Shown: one piece after another, positions 7,620 through 17,000 of the stretch
How positions within the stretch are numbered: the first letter of the stretch is position 1
How the letters are laid out: each line of letters starts with the position of its first letter
Source: a virus
IMG/VR virus record: IMGVR_UViG_3300046822_000286
DNA length: 64,000 nt
Direction: 5' to 3' (one strand)
Notes under the pieces: model-generated
Seen by the model: the letters and a program-made list of their open reading frames with translations, nothing else
Database searches by the model: none
What the model was told of the DNA's origin: nothing
Translations under genes and position numbers: made by a program

Positions 7620-7835
7620 TTAACGCGTACGTTTTTTGTAGTTTTCCGCGATGACGCCGGCCGTGGAGGTGTCTTTCTTTTCGTAGTAGTTACAGCAGCC
7701 TTCCGGGGCGATCGGGCCGGCGACTTCCGTACATAGGTTTTCTTTGGCATCAAAGTGAGTGCAGCCTTTGCAGTGGAATGGCCCCTGGTCTGGGGGTTGG
7801 TACCCAGCTGTCGCCTTAGTTGCTTTAGCGGCCAC
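7620..7835 (-). CDS. 4-Cys mini-protein (71 aa), HiPIP-like Cys spacing
   Basis: FHCKGCTHFDAKENLCTEVAGPIAPEGCCNYY has spacing C-x2-C-x9-C-x11-C followed by aromatic residues. Overlaps the upstream gene by 11 nt. Confidence 0.55.
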   Translation of the reverse strand: MAAKATKATAGYQPPDQGPFHCKGCTHFDAKENLCTEVAGPIAPEGCCNYYEKKDTSTAGVIAENYKKRTR

Positions 7836-8019
7836 GGGACCGACCGGCGGAACGCTTCGGCTTGCGCTTCGACATGCCGGCCTCGCTTAAACTGATCGCA
7901 ATTGCCTGTTTCCGGCTCGTAACCTTCGGCCCGGACTTCGATCCGGAATGAAGATCGCCGGCCTTAAACTTCTCCATCTCTTCCTTGACGCCTTCGCGGC
8001 CTTTCGGTACCGGCATCAC
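7825..8019 (-). CDS. DUF6496-like small basic protein
   Basis: 64 aa. EEMEKFKAGDLHSGSKSGPKVTSRKQAIAISLSEAG matches the KQAIAI(G/S)LSEA motif I associate with DUF6496. Confidence 0.55.
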   Translation of the reverse strand: MMPVPKGREGVKEEMEKFKAGDLHSGSKSGPKVTSRKQAIAISLSEAGMSKRKPKRSAGRSRGR

Positions 8020-8237
8020 TCACCTTCTTTCGGAATCGATGTCGGCGCCGCCGGGATGATCACCTTATTCAGGTACTGCCCGAACGACGGTGCCTCGAAC
8101 GCTGTCTTGGCCACCTCGGGTGTTACCCCGTGGTAATCCCGCTTGGCCCCGCCTCGGAACTCGACCCGCAGGACTTGCTCCAGCGGATCGTAGCCGGCCG
8201 CAACGTGGTTACCGGACGCGGACTTCAGTCGCTGCAT
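8016..8237 (-). CDS. KTSC domain protein
   Basis: Start moved to ATG 8237, or GTG 8249 with GGAGGG 5 nt upstream. HVAAGYDPLEQVLRVEFRGGAKRDYHGVTPEVAKTAFEAPSFGQYLNKVI fits the KTSC consensus. Confidence 0.65.
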   Translation of the reverse strand: MQRLKSASGNHVAAGYDPLEQVLRVEFRGGAKRDYHGVTPEVAKTAFEAPSFGQYLNKVIIPAAPTSIPKEGE

Positions 8238-8248
8238 CTGGATAGGCA

Positions 8249-8791
8249 CTATTTCCCTCCCGTGGCCATGTTGTTCATCATCCGCGTCTTCTCGGTGGAC
8301 CCGGCGGACGAACCGAAGTAATAACTGAGCACGAGCATCAGGGCCGAGTCGAGCGTGCCGAGGATCCGGCCCACGATGGCCGCCGATGTCGCATCGAGCA
8401 TGCCCATACCATGGTAGAGTATCCATCCCTCGGCGAGGATGGTCATCGCTACCACGACGCCAGCGAGAACCTTCGGCGTCTGATCATGCGTCGCGATTTC
8501 TCGAGCGCGCGCGTTGGCCCGGTCCGCCGCATCGATGCCCAACAGATCGTCGACCTGCTTGAATCCCATCTCCTGCATCTGCAGGGCGAAGTCGTTCTCC
8601 ACCTTCTTGAGGGCCGCAATCTGTTCCGGCGTGGCATTCGCGACCGCAGCATCGACCTTGTCCGGCGTGAGGTTGTCGACGCCCAGCGCGGATCCGATCG
8701 CCCGGCTGGCAATTTGTCCGAGCGGAGGCGGGAGCGGAAGAGCCGCCGACAGGAACGGCAGGGCGGTCTTGAAGATATCTTTGAATCCCAT
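8249..8791 (-). CDS. putative holin (GTA/3TM-holin-like)
   Basis: 180 aa. Soluble N-terminal part with DAADRANARAREI, then C-terminal hydrophobic helices VLAGVVVAMTILAEGWILY and ILGTLDSALMLVLSYYF. Lies two genes downstream of the endolysin. Confidence 0.55.
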   Translation of the reverse strand: MGFKDIFKTALPFLSAALPLPPPLGQIASRAIGSALGVDNLTPDKVDAAVANATPEQIAALKKVENDFALQMQEMGFKQVDDLLGIDAADRANARAREIATHDQTPKVLAGVVVAMTILAEGWILYHGMGMLDATSAAIVGRILGTLDSALMLVLSYYFGSSAGSTEKTRMMNNMATGGK

Positions 8792-9123
8792 TACTTCGTC
8801 GCTTTCAGTGCGGCCTGGATCAGTTCATCTTTGGTGTACTGGGCCGCGAGTTCGTCGACCGTTAGTGGCTGGACCGCCACCTGGACCGGCGGTCCACTGA
8901 TTAGGTCAGCGGCAATGCGCTCGGCTTCCCTTGCCGCAATCGTCTGCGCGTCTCCTGCGAGATCCGCTGCCGCCGTACGCGTGGCACCGACTGTGTGAAC
9001 GTACGTGCCGGCCGGCTGCATGTCGATCTGTCCCTGCTCGAGGATCTGCGGCCCGAACGGCGTGGGATAACTATCGCCAGCCTTCATCGGAACCGTCAAA
9101 AACACTTGAATTCCTATCGTCAT
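8791..9123 (-). CDS. hypothetical protein (110 aa) within lysis cassette
   Basis: ORF between endolysin and holin. No lipobox or clear TM segment seen. Confidence 0.55.
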   Translation of the reverse strand: MTIGIQVFLTVPMKAGDSYPTPFGPQILEQGQIDMQPAGTYVHTVGATRTAAADLAGDAQTIAAREAERIAADLISGPPVQVAVQPLTVDELAAQYTKDELIQAALKATK

Positions 9124-9129
9124 ATGTCC

Positions 9130-9705
9130 TCACTCCGCCGCAATTGATTTGAATTGATCGGCGGTCCAGACGTTGCGGCTCGGCTGGACGCCGTTTGAAT
9201 GTGGTGGATTCTCGAGGCGGATGCACTCGATGGCACAGGTCGCCCAGTCTCGAGTCTCGAAGGCTTTCGTGAATGACGGGAAGCCATGCACGACACCGGT
9301 GGCACCGACGTTGAACGCCATGTCCATGATTCCCATTTGTGCCGGCATCGGGAGTTCGCTGATCGGCCCGGTGTAGGCCTCTATCTCCAACTGAATCGCA
9401 TGCCAGCGCTCGTTAAATAACGCCACGATCTGATCGTCGCGCATCCGGCAGCGCGTGGCCTGCCGATACTCCTTCAGCGCCAGCCCCGGCTTCATATGGC
9501 GCACGGTCTCGTAGTCCGCGCCGATCTGCTCAAGCGATGCCAGGTCTCCGTCATCGAGGAACATCTGCAACCCAGCGCCGCGGTCCATGATGGATATCCG
9601 GCAGCCGACGCCGATGGTTACCAGTCCGGCGCCGTCCAGATAGAAATGGTCGGTGCATCCTTCCATCTCGACCGCGTGCTTCAGTCTTGGATCCTCGGTG
9701 TTCAT
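9130..9705 (-). CDS. endolysin, GH24 (T4/lambda-type) lysozyme
   Basis: 191 aa. VEMEGCTDHFYLDGAGLVTIGVG gives the catalytic E-x8-D-x5-T spacing of phage lysozymes. Confidence 0.8.
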   Translation of the reverse strand: MNTEDPRLKHAVEMEGCTDHFYLDGAGLVTIGVGCRISIMDRGAGLQMFLDDGDLASLEQIGADYETVRHMKPGLALKEYRQATRCRMRDDQIVALFNERWHAIQLEIEAYTGPISELPMPAQMGIMDMAFNVGATGVVHGFPSFTKAFETRDWATCAIECIRLENPPHSNGVQPSRNVWTADQFKSIAAE

Positions 9706-9896
9706 TCGTGCCGAGCGCGTTCGCGATCCTGCTTTAGTTGATCCATACCGGCCTCGTGCTCGCGCGCTGGATCCTGGTAGTGCATGCCCTGCGGGGGCGG
9801 GCCAAAATCAGGGCCGGGATGCGGATAGGTCTCATAGTGCTGCTTCTGCATCTCGTCGAAGCTCACTCCCTCGTCGGGAATATCAAACTTTGCCAT
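9702..9896 (-). CDS. hypothetical protein (64 aa)
   Basis: Acidic/Pro-rich small ORF overlapping the endolysin start by 4 nt. Confidence 0.5.
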   Translation of the reverse strand: MAKFDIPDEGVSFDEMQKQHYETYPHPGPDFGPPPQGMHYQDPAREHEAGMDQLKQDRERARHE

Positions 9897-9905
9897 GGGT
9901 ACTCC

Positions 9906-12152
9906 TTATCGTGTTCGCGTACGGACGCGAGCCGCGCCAGTGCCCGTGCTAGTGCCAACCGGCGGTGGCGGCGCACAGGCGCTGGTCGTATTCGAACCGG
10001 TGATCGTGTACGGCGCCGACAGTCCGGCCTGATCGTAGAGCGCGATGTTGAAAAAGTACGCCGTGTTACAGGTCAGACCTGAAATGTTTGTCGTGCCGAC
10101 CCCGGTGTCGGTGCTGGCAAGCGTGCCGTTCGCGATCATGTTCGCGACCGTGCTGATGTTACTCGACAAACTGTAGTAGCTCTTGTAGACCAGCGACCCC
10201 GGCGGCGTCACGTTGTCGGTCCCCTGATTCCAGGTCAACGTCACCCCGGTAGCGCTGATATTGCTGACCGTGATCGTCGATGGCGAGCCGACGACCGGCG
10301 GGACGACGTCCGCCGAGGCCTCGTAGGCTCCCATGTTCGGGTTGCTGTTACCGCTCGACAGTGGCCACGCCGAGTTCGCTCCATTGAAATTATTAAGCGC
10401 GAGACCGGCGTTCCATCCACCGCTCGTATTCGTGATCTGGAGCGCCTGAGTATTGCTACCGAGATTCGTCCAGATCGGATTGCCGTGCTTGGTATTCAGT
10501 TCCTGCCCGATTGCCTGGAAGGACGGAGCGGCCCCAGGATCACCGTTCGTTCCGTAGTTTGAAGTGACGCCGCTCACCGTCCATGACTTGGCCCACGTGT
10601 TATCGCCACCCTTGATCCACCCCATGTTGTACTGGTAGAGCATGTTGTTGAGGGTATTGATCGTGTTGGTCCCGTTGGTAATGATGTGGCCGCTCTTCGT
10701 TGTCGTGATGTTGTTGGCCGCCTGAGTGAGATTACCTGCGTTAACCCAAATGTCCCAGTTTGAAGAACTCTGAGATAGTTCAACCGAGTTATGAAAATAG
10801 AAAAGTGGGACGGGGTCTTGCCCGCCTGTCTTCCAGGCAGAATTTGCCGCTGCAGCATAGCCATTGCCGACACGGCAGGTATTCCGATAGATGTACATCG
10901 GGCCGTACGGCTTGCCTCCAGGCTCTCCCGTTGGAGCCATGCACGTCTCTCCAAAGCCGCCCGCGCCGACAGCAGAATTGAAGATATACATGATGTTGCC
11001 TTCCATTCTGTTGTTCGGACCGTATCCCTTGATCTCTATTCCGTCGTCCTTGTACCCCTCCACGTAGTTGTTGCGCATCTCCACGTTCTCTACGAAGATC
11101 GCGTCGTCTACGGTAATCGCGTCGCGAAAGCCACCGACGACATTGTTGCCATCAACAGAGATGTCGAAACTGTTGTCTATGATGGACACGCCAGCGGCCG
11201 GACTGTCGTAAATATTGCTTCCGCCGTTGCACATGTTTGTTCCGCTACACGTGCAGGCAGGCGTACTCAATGCAGCTGAAGCAGTAATGGTGTTATTGCG
11301 AAGGTAGATGTTGTTGTCGCTCGCTCCAAGACCAATGCCAGCGTCCCCATAATGCGTCGTTGGGAAGGTTCCGCCAGCGCACAGCGTTGACACTGAATCA
11401 AGCGTATTGTTCTCAATCAGCACATGGTTCGCGCTGGTACCAAGGCGAATCGCCGAGCCGTCCGAAGCCGTCAGATCAAAGCCGGTGATCCACCAGAAAT
11501 TCGCACTGACGTTGATATTCGTCGCGCCAACCCCGCTGACATGGCACGCCAGCGGGGTGCCGCAAACGAGCTTCACCCACGCGCCGGCGTTGCCGACGGA
11601 ACGGTTGATCGTAAAAGGCGAATAGTTTCCAGCAGAGACCGTAATTGTGTCGCCAGCAGTAAGCGTCGCCGCGCCGGAAGTCAGCGCCTGGAGTGAGGAA
11701 TCGTCCGTCGCTGTCCGGGCACTGCCGCCGAGAGGTGGAGTGAAGGTATTTGTGATGACGTTGGTCATGACGACCGGGTTTGTCCCGGCGACACCATCTC
11801 CGTCAATCCAGGTGATGCGCACGTCGTAGGCGGTGTTCGCCGTTAACCCGACAATGGATTCGCGCGCCTCGTGGTAGTGCTGATTCGGATTGTCGCTGGC
11901 AATGACCGCACGCTTGTCGATGAATGGAGCGTAGGCAGGAAACCATGCCCCTGCGTTGTGGAGAGTGTATTCCACGAGCGCTGCGTTGTCGTTGTTGGCG
12001 TCGCCGGAGTAAGCGCACTCCACCGAGATCGTTGTGAACGATACCCTCGGGTAACTGTTGTTGGTGCAACTTCCAGTCGTCGTACCGTTTTGGGCGAATA
12101 GAGGCGAAGCGATGAACCCGAGCGACAGGACGAGCCAGGCAATGCGCTTCAT
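9906..12152 (-). CDS. secreted right-handed beta-helix protein with FN3-like domains (putative polysaccharide depolymerase)
   Basis: 748 aa. N-terminal signal peptide MKRIAWLVLSLGFIASPLFAQ. Repeated NN(T/Y)(I/L/V) beta-helix rungs (ENNTLDS, RNNTITAS, RNNYVEGY). C-terminal FN3-like segment (ITVSNISATGVTLTWNQ...TAYFFNIALYD). Confidence 0.75.
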   Translation of the reverse strand: MKRIAWLVLSLGFIASPLFAQNGTTTGSCTNNSYPRVSFTTISVECAYSGDANNDNAALVEYTLHNAGAWFPAYAPFIDKRAVIASDNPNQHYHEARESIVGLTANTAYDVRITWIDGDGVAGTNPVVMTNVITNTFTPPLGGSARTATDDSSLQALTSGAATLTAGDTITVSAGNYSPFTINRSVGNAGAWVKLVCGTPLACHVSGVGATNINVSANFWWITGFDLTASDGSAIRLGTSANHVLIENNTLDSVSTLCAGGTFPTTHYGDAGIGLGASDNNIYLRNNTITASAALSTPACTCSGTNMCNGGSNIYDSPAAGVSIIDNSFDISVDGNNVVGGFRDAITVDDAIFVENVEMRNNYVEGYKDDGIEIKGYGPNNRMEGNIMYIFNSAVGAGGFGETCMAPTGEPGGKPYGPMYIYRNTCRVGNGYAAAANSAWKTGGQDPVPLFYFHNSVELSQSSSNWDIWVNAGNLTQAANNITTTKSGHIITNGTNTINTLNNMLYQYNMGWIKGGDNTWAKSWTVSGVTSNYGTNGDPGAAPSFQAIGQELNTKHGNPIWTNLGSNTQALQITNTSGGWNAGLALNNFNGANSAWPLSSGNSNPNMGAYEASADVVPPVVGSPSTITVSNISATGVTLTWNQGTDNVTPPGSLVYKSYYSLSSNISTVANMIANGTLASTDTGVGTTNISGLTCNTAYFFNIALYDQAGLSAPYTITGSNTTSACAPPPPVGTSTGTGAARVRTRTR

Positions 12153-12886
12153 TATTTACCAACTCCGAGCAGGCTTAGACTCCCCGGCGATGGCCCGCTG
12201 TTTGTAGACGTCGCTGGAATATGAAATCCTGTGCCAACGACGTTGCTGGCGGCAGCGGTCCAGGTGTGAGTATTGGATGTCCCACCGATAATGTAACTAC
12301 CTGCGGCATCGATCGTGCCATCGTTGTAGATCGCAATCTGCCCACCTCCACCAAGTGTCATCGCATGAGAATCGCAACCTTGTGCGACCGTGGCACCGTC
12401 TGTCGTCGATGTAATCGGTCCAACATTCAGAGTTGTCACTGTGCCGGTGATATCAGACATCGTGACCGGGTGGTCGATCTGAGCACAGGTACCGGTGCCC
12501 TTAAAGGTGACCGCTCCGATGTTAACGGTTCGTGAAGTACTCCAGGTTGCGGCCAGCGTCAACGCCGCACCTACCGACGGATTGTCAACGCAGAACCAGA
12601 TCGCCGTAAAGTTCCCCGCCGATACAATTCGGGTGCTAGGAATCTCCGTTAGCGAGACGCTGTTGTAGGTCATCGCGATCGGGTTGGTAATCGAATTGTC
12701 GGCTACGATAAAGGCGGTCATCATCGTAGCTCCGGCCGTCGTCGTGTAGGTCATCGACATGGAAACGCCCGTTGTCGGTGTACCCTTCGCACCTGCATCG
12801 TTAACCGCTACGGCTGCAAAGGACTGCTCCCACAGCCCGAGCGAAAGGATGATCAATAGTGCAGACGCTATGCGGCGCAGGCTCAT
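12152..12886 (-). CDS. secreted beta-rich protein (244 aa), unknown function
   Basis: Start moved to ATG 12886 (ATGA overlap with the upstream stop). MSLRRIASALLIILSLGLWEQSFAAVAV is a signal peptide. The Arg-rich N-terminal extension of the track ORF is rejected. Confidence 0.65.
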   Translation of the reverse strand: MSLRRIASALLIILSLGLWEQSFAAVAVNDAGAKGTPTTGVSMSMTYTTTAGATMMTAFIVADNSITNPIAMTYNSVSLTEIPSTRIVSAGNFTAIWFCVDNPSVGAALTLAATWSTSRTVNIGAVTFKGTGTCAQIDHPVTMSDITGTVTTLNVGPITSTTDGATVAQGCDSHAMTLGGGGQIAIYNDGTIDAAGSYIIGGTSNTHTWTAAASNVVGTGFHIPATSTNSGPSPGSLSLLGVGK

Positions 12887-13686
12887 TGCTGAATCCCCGC
12901 CAATACAACCTTTAGGGAAGCCGAGCCGTCGTTTTGGATGCACCAGTCTTGCGTGACGGCGGTGCCGGTGAGCGTGCGACTCCAAAAGAAGCCGCCAGCG
13001 TTGATGGCGATCGGGACACCGTTCCCGGCGGTAGTGCTGCCGACAACGGCCACGGCTCCGGTATCGCACGGGTTTGTCGTCTGCGTTCCTTCGATCAGAC
13101 TGAAATGCGCGATCGTCGTCGTGCTATCGTTGATGACCATCAATCCGCATCCGTAATTCTTTTTACCAGTGGACTTCGTGACGATCTTTACGAGAGTCGT
13201 ACTGGCCACGATAGCGTTGATCGGTGCCGCCGGAACCAGTCCGTCGCAGGGATCAGTTATTGCGGAGAGCGGAGTCCCGTTGACGTCTGTCGTCGGCTTC
13301 GGATTAACGCCATCGTACGTGATCCTGACGTTGCCGCTCCCGGTGATCGGCGTCGTGCAATTGATCCTGACGAAGTTCGCGTTCGCGTAGGTCCATGACG
13401 TCGGGCCTCCGCTTGCGGTAACGGTCTGCGCGGAGATCAGCGTCGTGATGCTGTTCACCTTGTCTGGTGATTGCTGGAGAGCGCAGGCACCCCCGGTCAC
13501 GGTCCCGCTCGTCGCCCACGTGAGTTTGTGTAGAACGACGCCGGTACTCGTCAGGTCGGTCCAGTCTGATATCGAGACGACGGCAGAGAACGGTAGCCGT
13601 GGCGTGACTTCGACGTCGGCAGCCTGGGCGATACCGCCGAGGCACAGAATCAAAAGCAGGGCGGCTATTGTATGACGTACGACCAT
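12883..13686 (-). CDS. secreted beta-rich protein (267 aa), unknown function
   Basis: Start moved to ATG 13686 (AGGAGA upstream). MVVRHTIAALLLILCLGGIAQAADV is a signal peptide. Several Cys pairs. Confidence 0.65.
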   Translation of the reverse strand: MVVRHTIAALLLILCLGGIAQAADVEVTPRLPFSAVVSISDWTDLTSTGVVLHKLTWATSGTVTGGACALQQSPDKVNSITTLISAQTVTASGGPTSWTYANANFVRINCTTPITGSGNVRITYDGVNPKPTTDVNGTPLSAITDPCDGLVPAAPINAIVASTTLVKIVTKSTGKKNYGCGLMVINDSTTTIAHFSLIEGTQTTNPCDTGAVAVVGSTTAGNGVPIAINAGGFFWSRTLTGTAVTQDWCIQNDGSASLKVVLAGIQQ

Positions 13687-13985
13687 AGAACAATCTCTCC
13701 TGGGGTTCCGTAAACGAAAATCTTGTTGGCGTCGATACCATTCATCGAGTTCGTCTCGTACGCATCGATCAGCGGGGCTGGCCCCGTTGGGCCTGGAGCG
13801 CCGGCCCACCCACTTATCCCGGTCGGCGGTGTCGCCGTCGGATCCAGCGTGGAGTCGCCAGAGAAGATCGTGTGCGTGTTCGTCGGAAATTGGTAGATGC
13901 GCAGGCCTTTGACCGCGCCCACCGTCGTCGTCAAAATAGATTTGCCCGTGGCGTCAAAGGTAATGGGCGTGCCAGGTGTCCACAT
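13665..13985 (-). CDS. hypothetical protein (106 aa)
   Basis: GGGAGG SD upstream of ATG 13985. No signal peptide. Confidence 0.6.
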   Translation of the reverse strand: MWTPGTPITFDATGKSILTTTVGAVKGLRIYQFPTNTHTIFSGDSTLDPTATPPTGISGWAGAPGPTGPAPLIDAYETNSMNGIDANKIFVYGTPGEIVLWSYVIQ

Positions 13986-14020
13986 TTACGGTCCTCCCTT
14001 GGGTCAGTCTATCGTCGGCG

Positions 14021-17000
14021 TCAATGGGTCACCGGCGCCGGCACCGGCGGTTGCCCGATAAATCCACGGATGCGGTCTGGGGTTGCTTTGAAACTATTGC
14101 GGTGGATCTGATATTCCAACGCGTCCAGTTCGTTGAGATACGCTTTCTTCTGTTCCGGATCGGTTGTCTTGTGCATCAGGCCTTCGACCACACGGATCTG
14201 GTATTGCGGCTTCTCCCGCATCCGCTGGATATCGCTCGGCTCGGATCCAGCCTGAGCCGAGAACGGGTGCGGGCCGGTCGGGTTCGGGCCCGGCTGCTCC
14301 AGCAGTGGTTCGATCATGGCGTCACGCTGGTCGAGCGAGATCTGGCCGGACTCCCACATCACGAAGGCGTCGGCAACCTTGTACATCTTCACGTCGTAGA
14401 GCGACTGATTCCAGTTCCGGTCGTTGTACCAGTCCTTCACGTCCGGACCGTTCGGATCGACCGATCGGATACCGAGTGCCCGCTTCCAGGCGAACGGCCC
14501 GTTCGAGGTCAGCCAGTTCCAGACCGGCGAGTCCGGGCTGTCCATCTGTTCGGCGCGCATCAACTGCATGTACGGTGAGATCAGTTTCTTTGCGACATAT
14601 TCTCGCTGTAGGCGCTTGCCGATATCCGTCTGGGGGTTGTCCTTGCTCGGATCGCCCCAGAGGTTCGGCTCGGATTTCGAGACGATATCCTGCCCGGTGA
14701 ACGAGTCCTTGTTCGCCTGCAGGTCGATGTACGTCTTCATCATCGGGTTGAGCAACTGGTAGAGCATGGCGGCCGGCGCCGTCGGTAGAGGACCGCCGTG
14801 CGGCTGATGCCCAAACATGTCTTCCAACTGCTGGCGCGCGGCATCCTCGAGCGTCGACTTCCCGTCGAGCACCCGGTCGAGGTTGGACTCGAGCGTGTGG
14901 AGACCGCCCCACTGCTTCACGATATCGGTCGGCGTCTCCATGGCGAGAATCACCGGTCTGCCGTTCTCGTCGTGGAATGGCGTGTTCAGGTGCATCATGT
15001 TCCGCTGCCAGTCGGCGAGCTTCTTCTCGATCTCCGGATACAGCAGGTGATTCCAGACGAAGGTGCTGATGAATAGACCGAGCACCATCTTCAGCAGAAA
15101 CTCGTCACCGGGGAAAAACTTCCCGGTGTGCGCCATACGCCGCATCCACGGCCCGATAATCTTCACGTGGAAGACCGAGAACGGGAACGTCACCGAGTAG
15201 AACAGGTCCATGCGGGGCGATACGGCACCGTAGTCGGGGTGGATGGACTCACGCGCCACCTTGCCCAACGCCAGCATCGACTTCGGATCCAGTCCGCCAA
15301 GGCTGATCCCTTTCACGACAACCGGTTGCCCGTTCGAGACGCGTTCCAAGTCGGCCATGAGTTTCGCAAACTTCGGGAACGACTGAACGATCTGGCCGGC
15401 GCGCTGCCATTCGCGGACGAGATCGCCGATCGGGTTGTCGCGCCAGTTCGGATTGCGGAATTCCCGGAAGGCCGGCGCGTTGACCGCTCGAGGCTGGCTT
15501 CCCGCGTAGAAGACGGAGTTCCATATCCTGAAGTCCTCGGCTAACTGCATCACCTGCTGGTACTGCGGCGGCGTCATCTTGCTTCTGAGCGCGTCGAGCG
15601 CCGCCGGCTGCTTCATCAGCGAGCCGAGATCCTCGGCGTAAGCGGCTATCTCGTTGCCGATCGTGATGTGCGTGTAGTACGTCAGCCCGGACGAGTTGAT
15701 CACCGTCCCCTTCCAGGCGCGGGTGGCCGCGCGGGCGAGTTCGGTGAACGGGTTCTCGAGATTGTTCTCCCGGAAGTGTTCCAGTTTGTCTGCGATCGGC
15801 GCCGGCAGCAGATAGATCTTGTTTTTGCCGCCGAGGGCGAGCGCTGGGCGCGTCAACTCTTCGCCGGTATCGGTCTCCAACTGTGGCGGCACCGGGGATG
15901 ATAGCGCCGCGTTCCGGAATGCGTTGACGTCGATGGACAGTTCGTCCATACCGGCCTTCACGGCATCCCAGATCACCTCGTCATTGATCGCACGCACCGG
16001 GTAGATCACGTTGCCTGGGTTGAACTGGAATCCCTTCAATACGATATTGTCCGGCAGTTCTCCGGTGTAGCCGGGGCCGCCGCGGCTGGCCGTCAGGATC
16101 TCGTCCTTCTGCTTCACTGTCAGCGTCGAGGTGTCGAGCACGTAAGACCGTCCGATCTTGGCCTGACCGGTCCTGTTGCCGACCAACTGTTGCCTCTGTG
16201 TATCGTCCAACCACTGGTTGAAATCGTGGCCATCGGCGGTACGGCTGATGAAATCGTCGATCATGTTATGCAGATAAACCCGCGTACCGTACTGCTCCAT
16301 CACTCGGATCCAGTCCGAATCGTGCGGCACGAGATGGCCCTTGCGGTTACGCAGGTAGAGCCGGCGCGGGTTCTGCATGCGCGTCGGCAGACCTGGTAGC
16401 CGGTCAATCGCATCACCGATGCCGCGGATGATCTGATTCGGGAAGTATTTGATCCGGCCTTCATCCGGGTCGACCTTGCCGCGTCTGGCGAGTTCGTTCC
16501 AGACGTCTTCCATCCAGCCGTGGAATCGATCGACGGCATCGCGCACGGCAGGAGTGGCAATCGAATTCAACCGGGCGATCTCTGCATCGATACGGTTCAG
16601 TTGGTCTTTGCCAGGCAGTGGGACACGGTCTTCGCCTTCACGGGCGGCCGTCTCGTACATGTCTTCCCAGAAGACGATCGAACGGAAGGCATCGTAGCCT
16701 GAGCGGTCCAGTCCCTTGACGACCTTCTCCATCTCCTTCTGCGTCTGGGCCGATGCGTCCCGCACAAGCTCCTGCGCGCGCCGCACCTCTTCGGAAAAGC
16801 CCGGCCAATCGCGGAGGTTCTCGTTGTAGCGGGCGACGGTCATGAAGCGGTAGACCTGCCCCGGGATGTCCTTGATCTCCTGCCAGACGTTACGCTGACC
16901 AGCTGGGACATCAATCAGTTTCCGCATCTCCGGATCTGGAGATGGGATCAGGTTCGGCTGAATCGATGGAGGAGGCCTCTTCTGCCAGAAGTTCACAGCG

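Noticed and set aside
7436-7654. 72-aa plus-strand ORF in the gap between the convergent Cys-protein genes
   Set aside because: Its highly charged composition is what the antisense of a hydrophobic frame produces, and it has no SD. The minus-strand hydrophobic frame is the more plausible coding candidate, and even that is doubtful.
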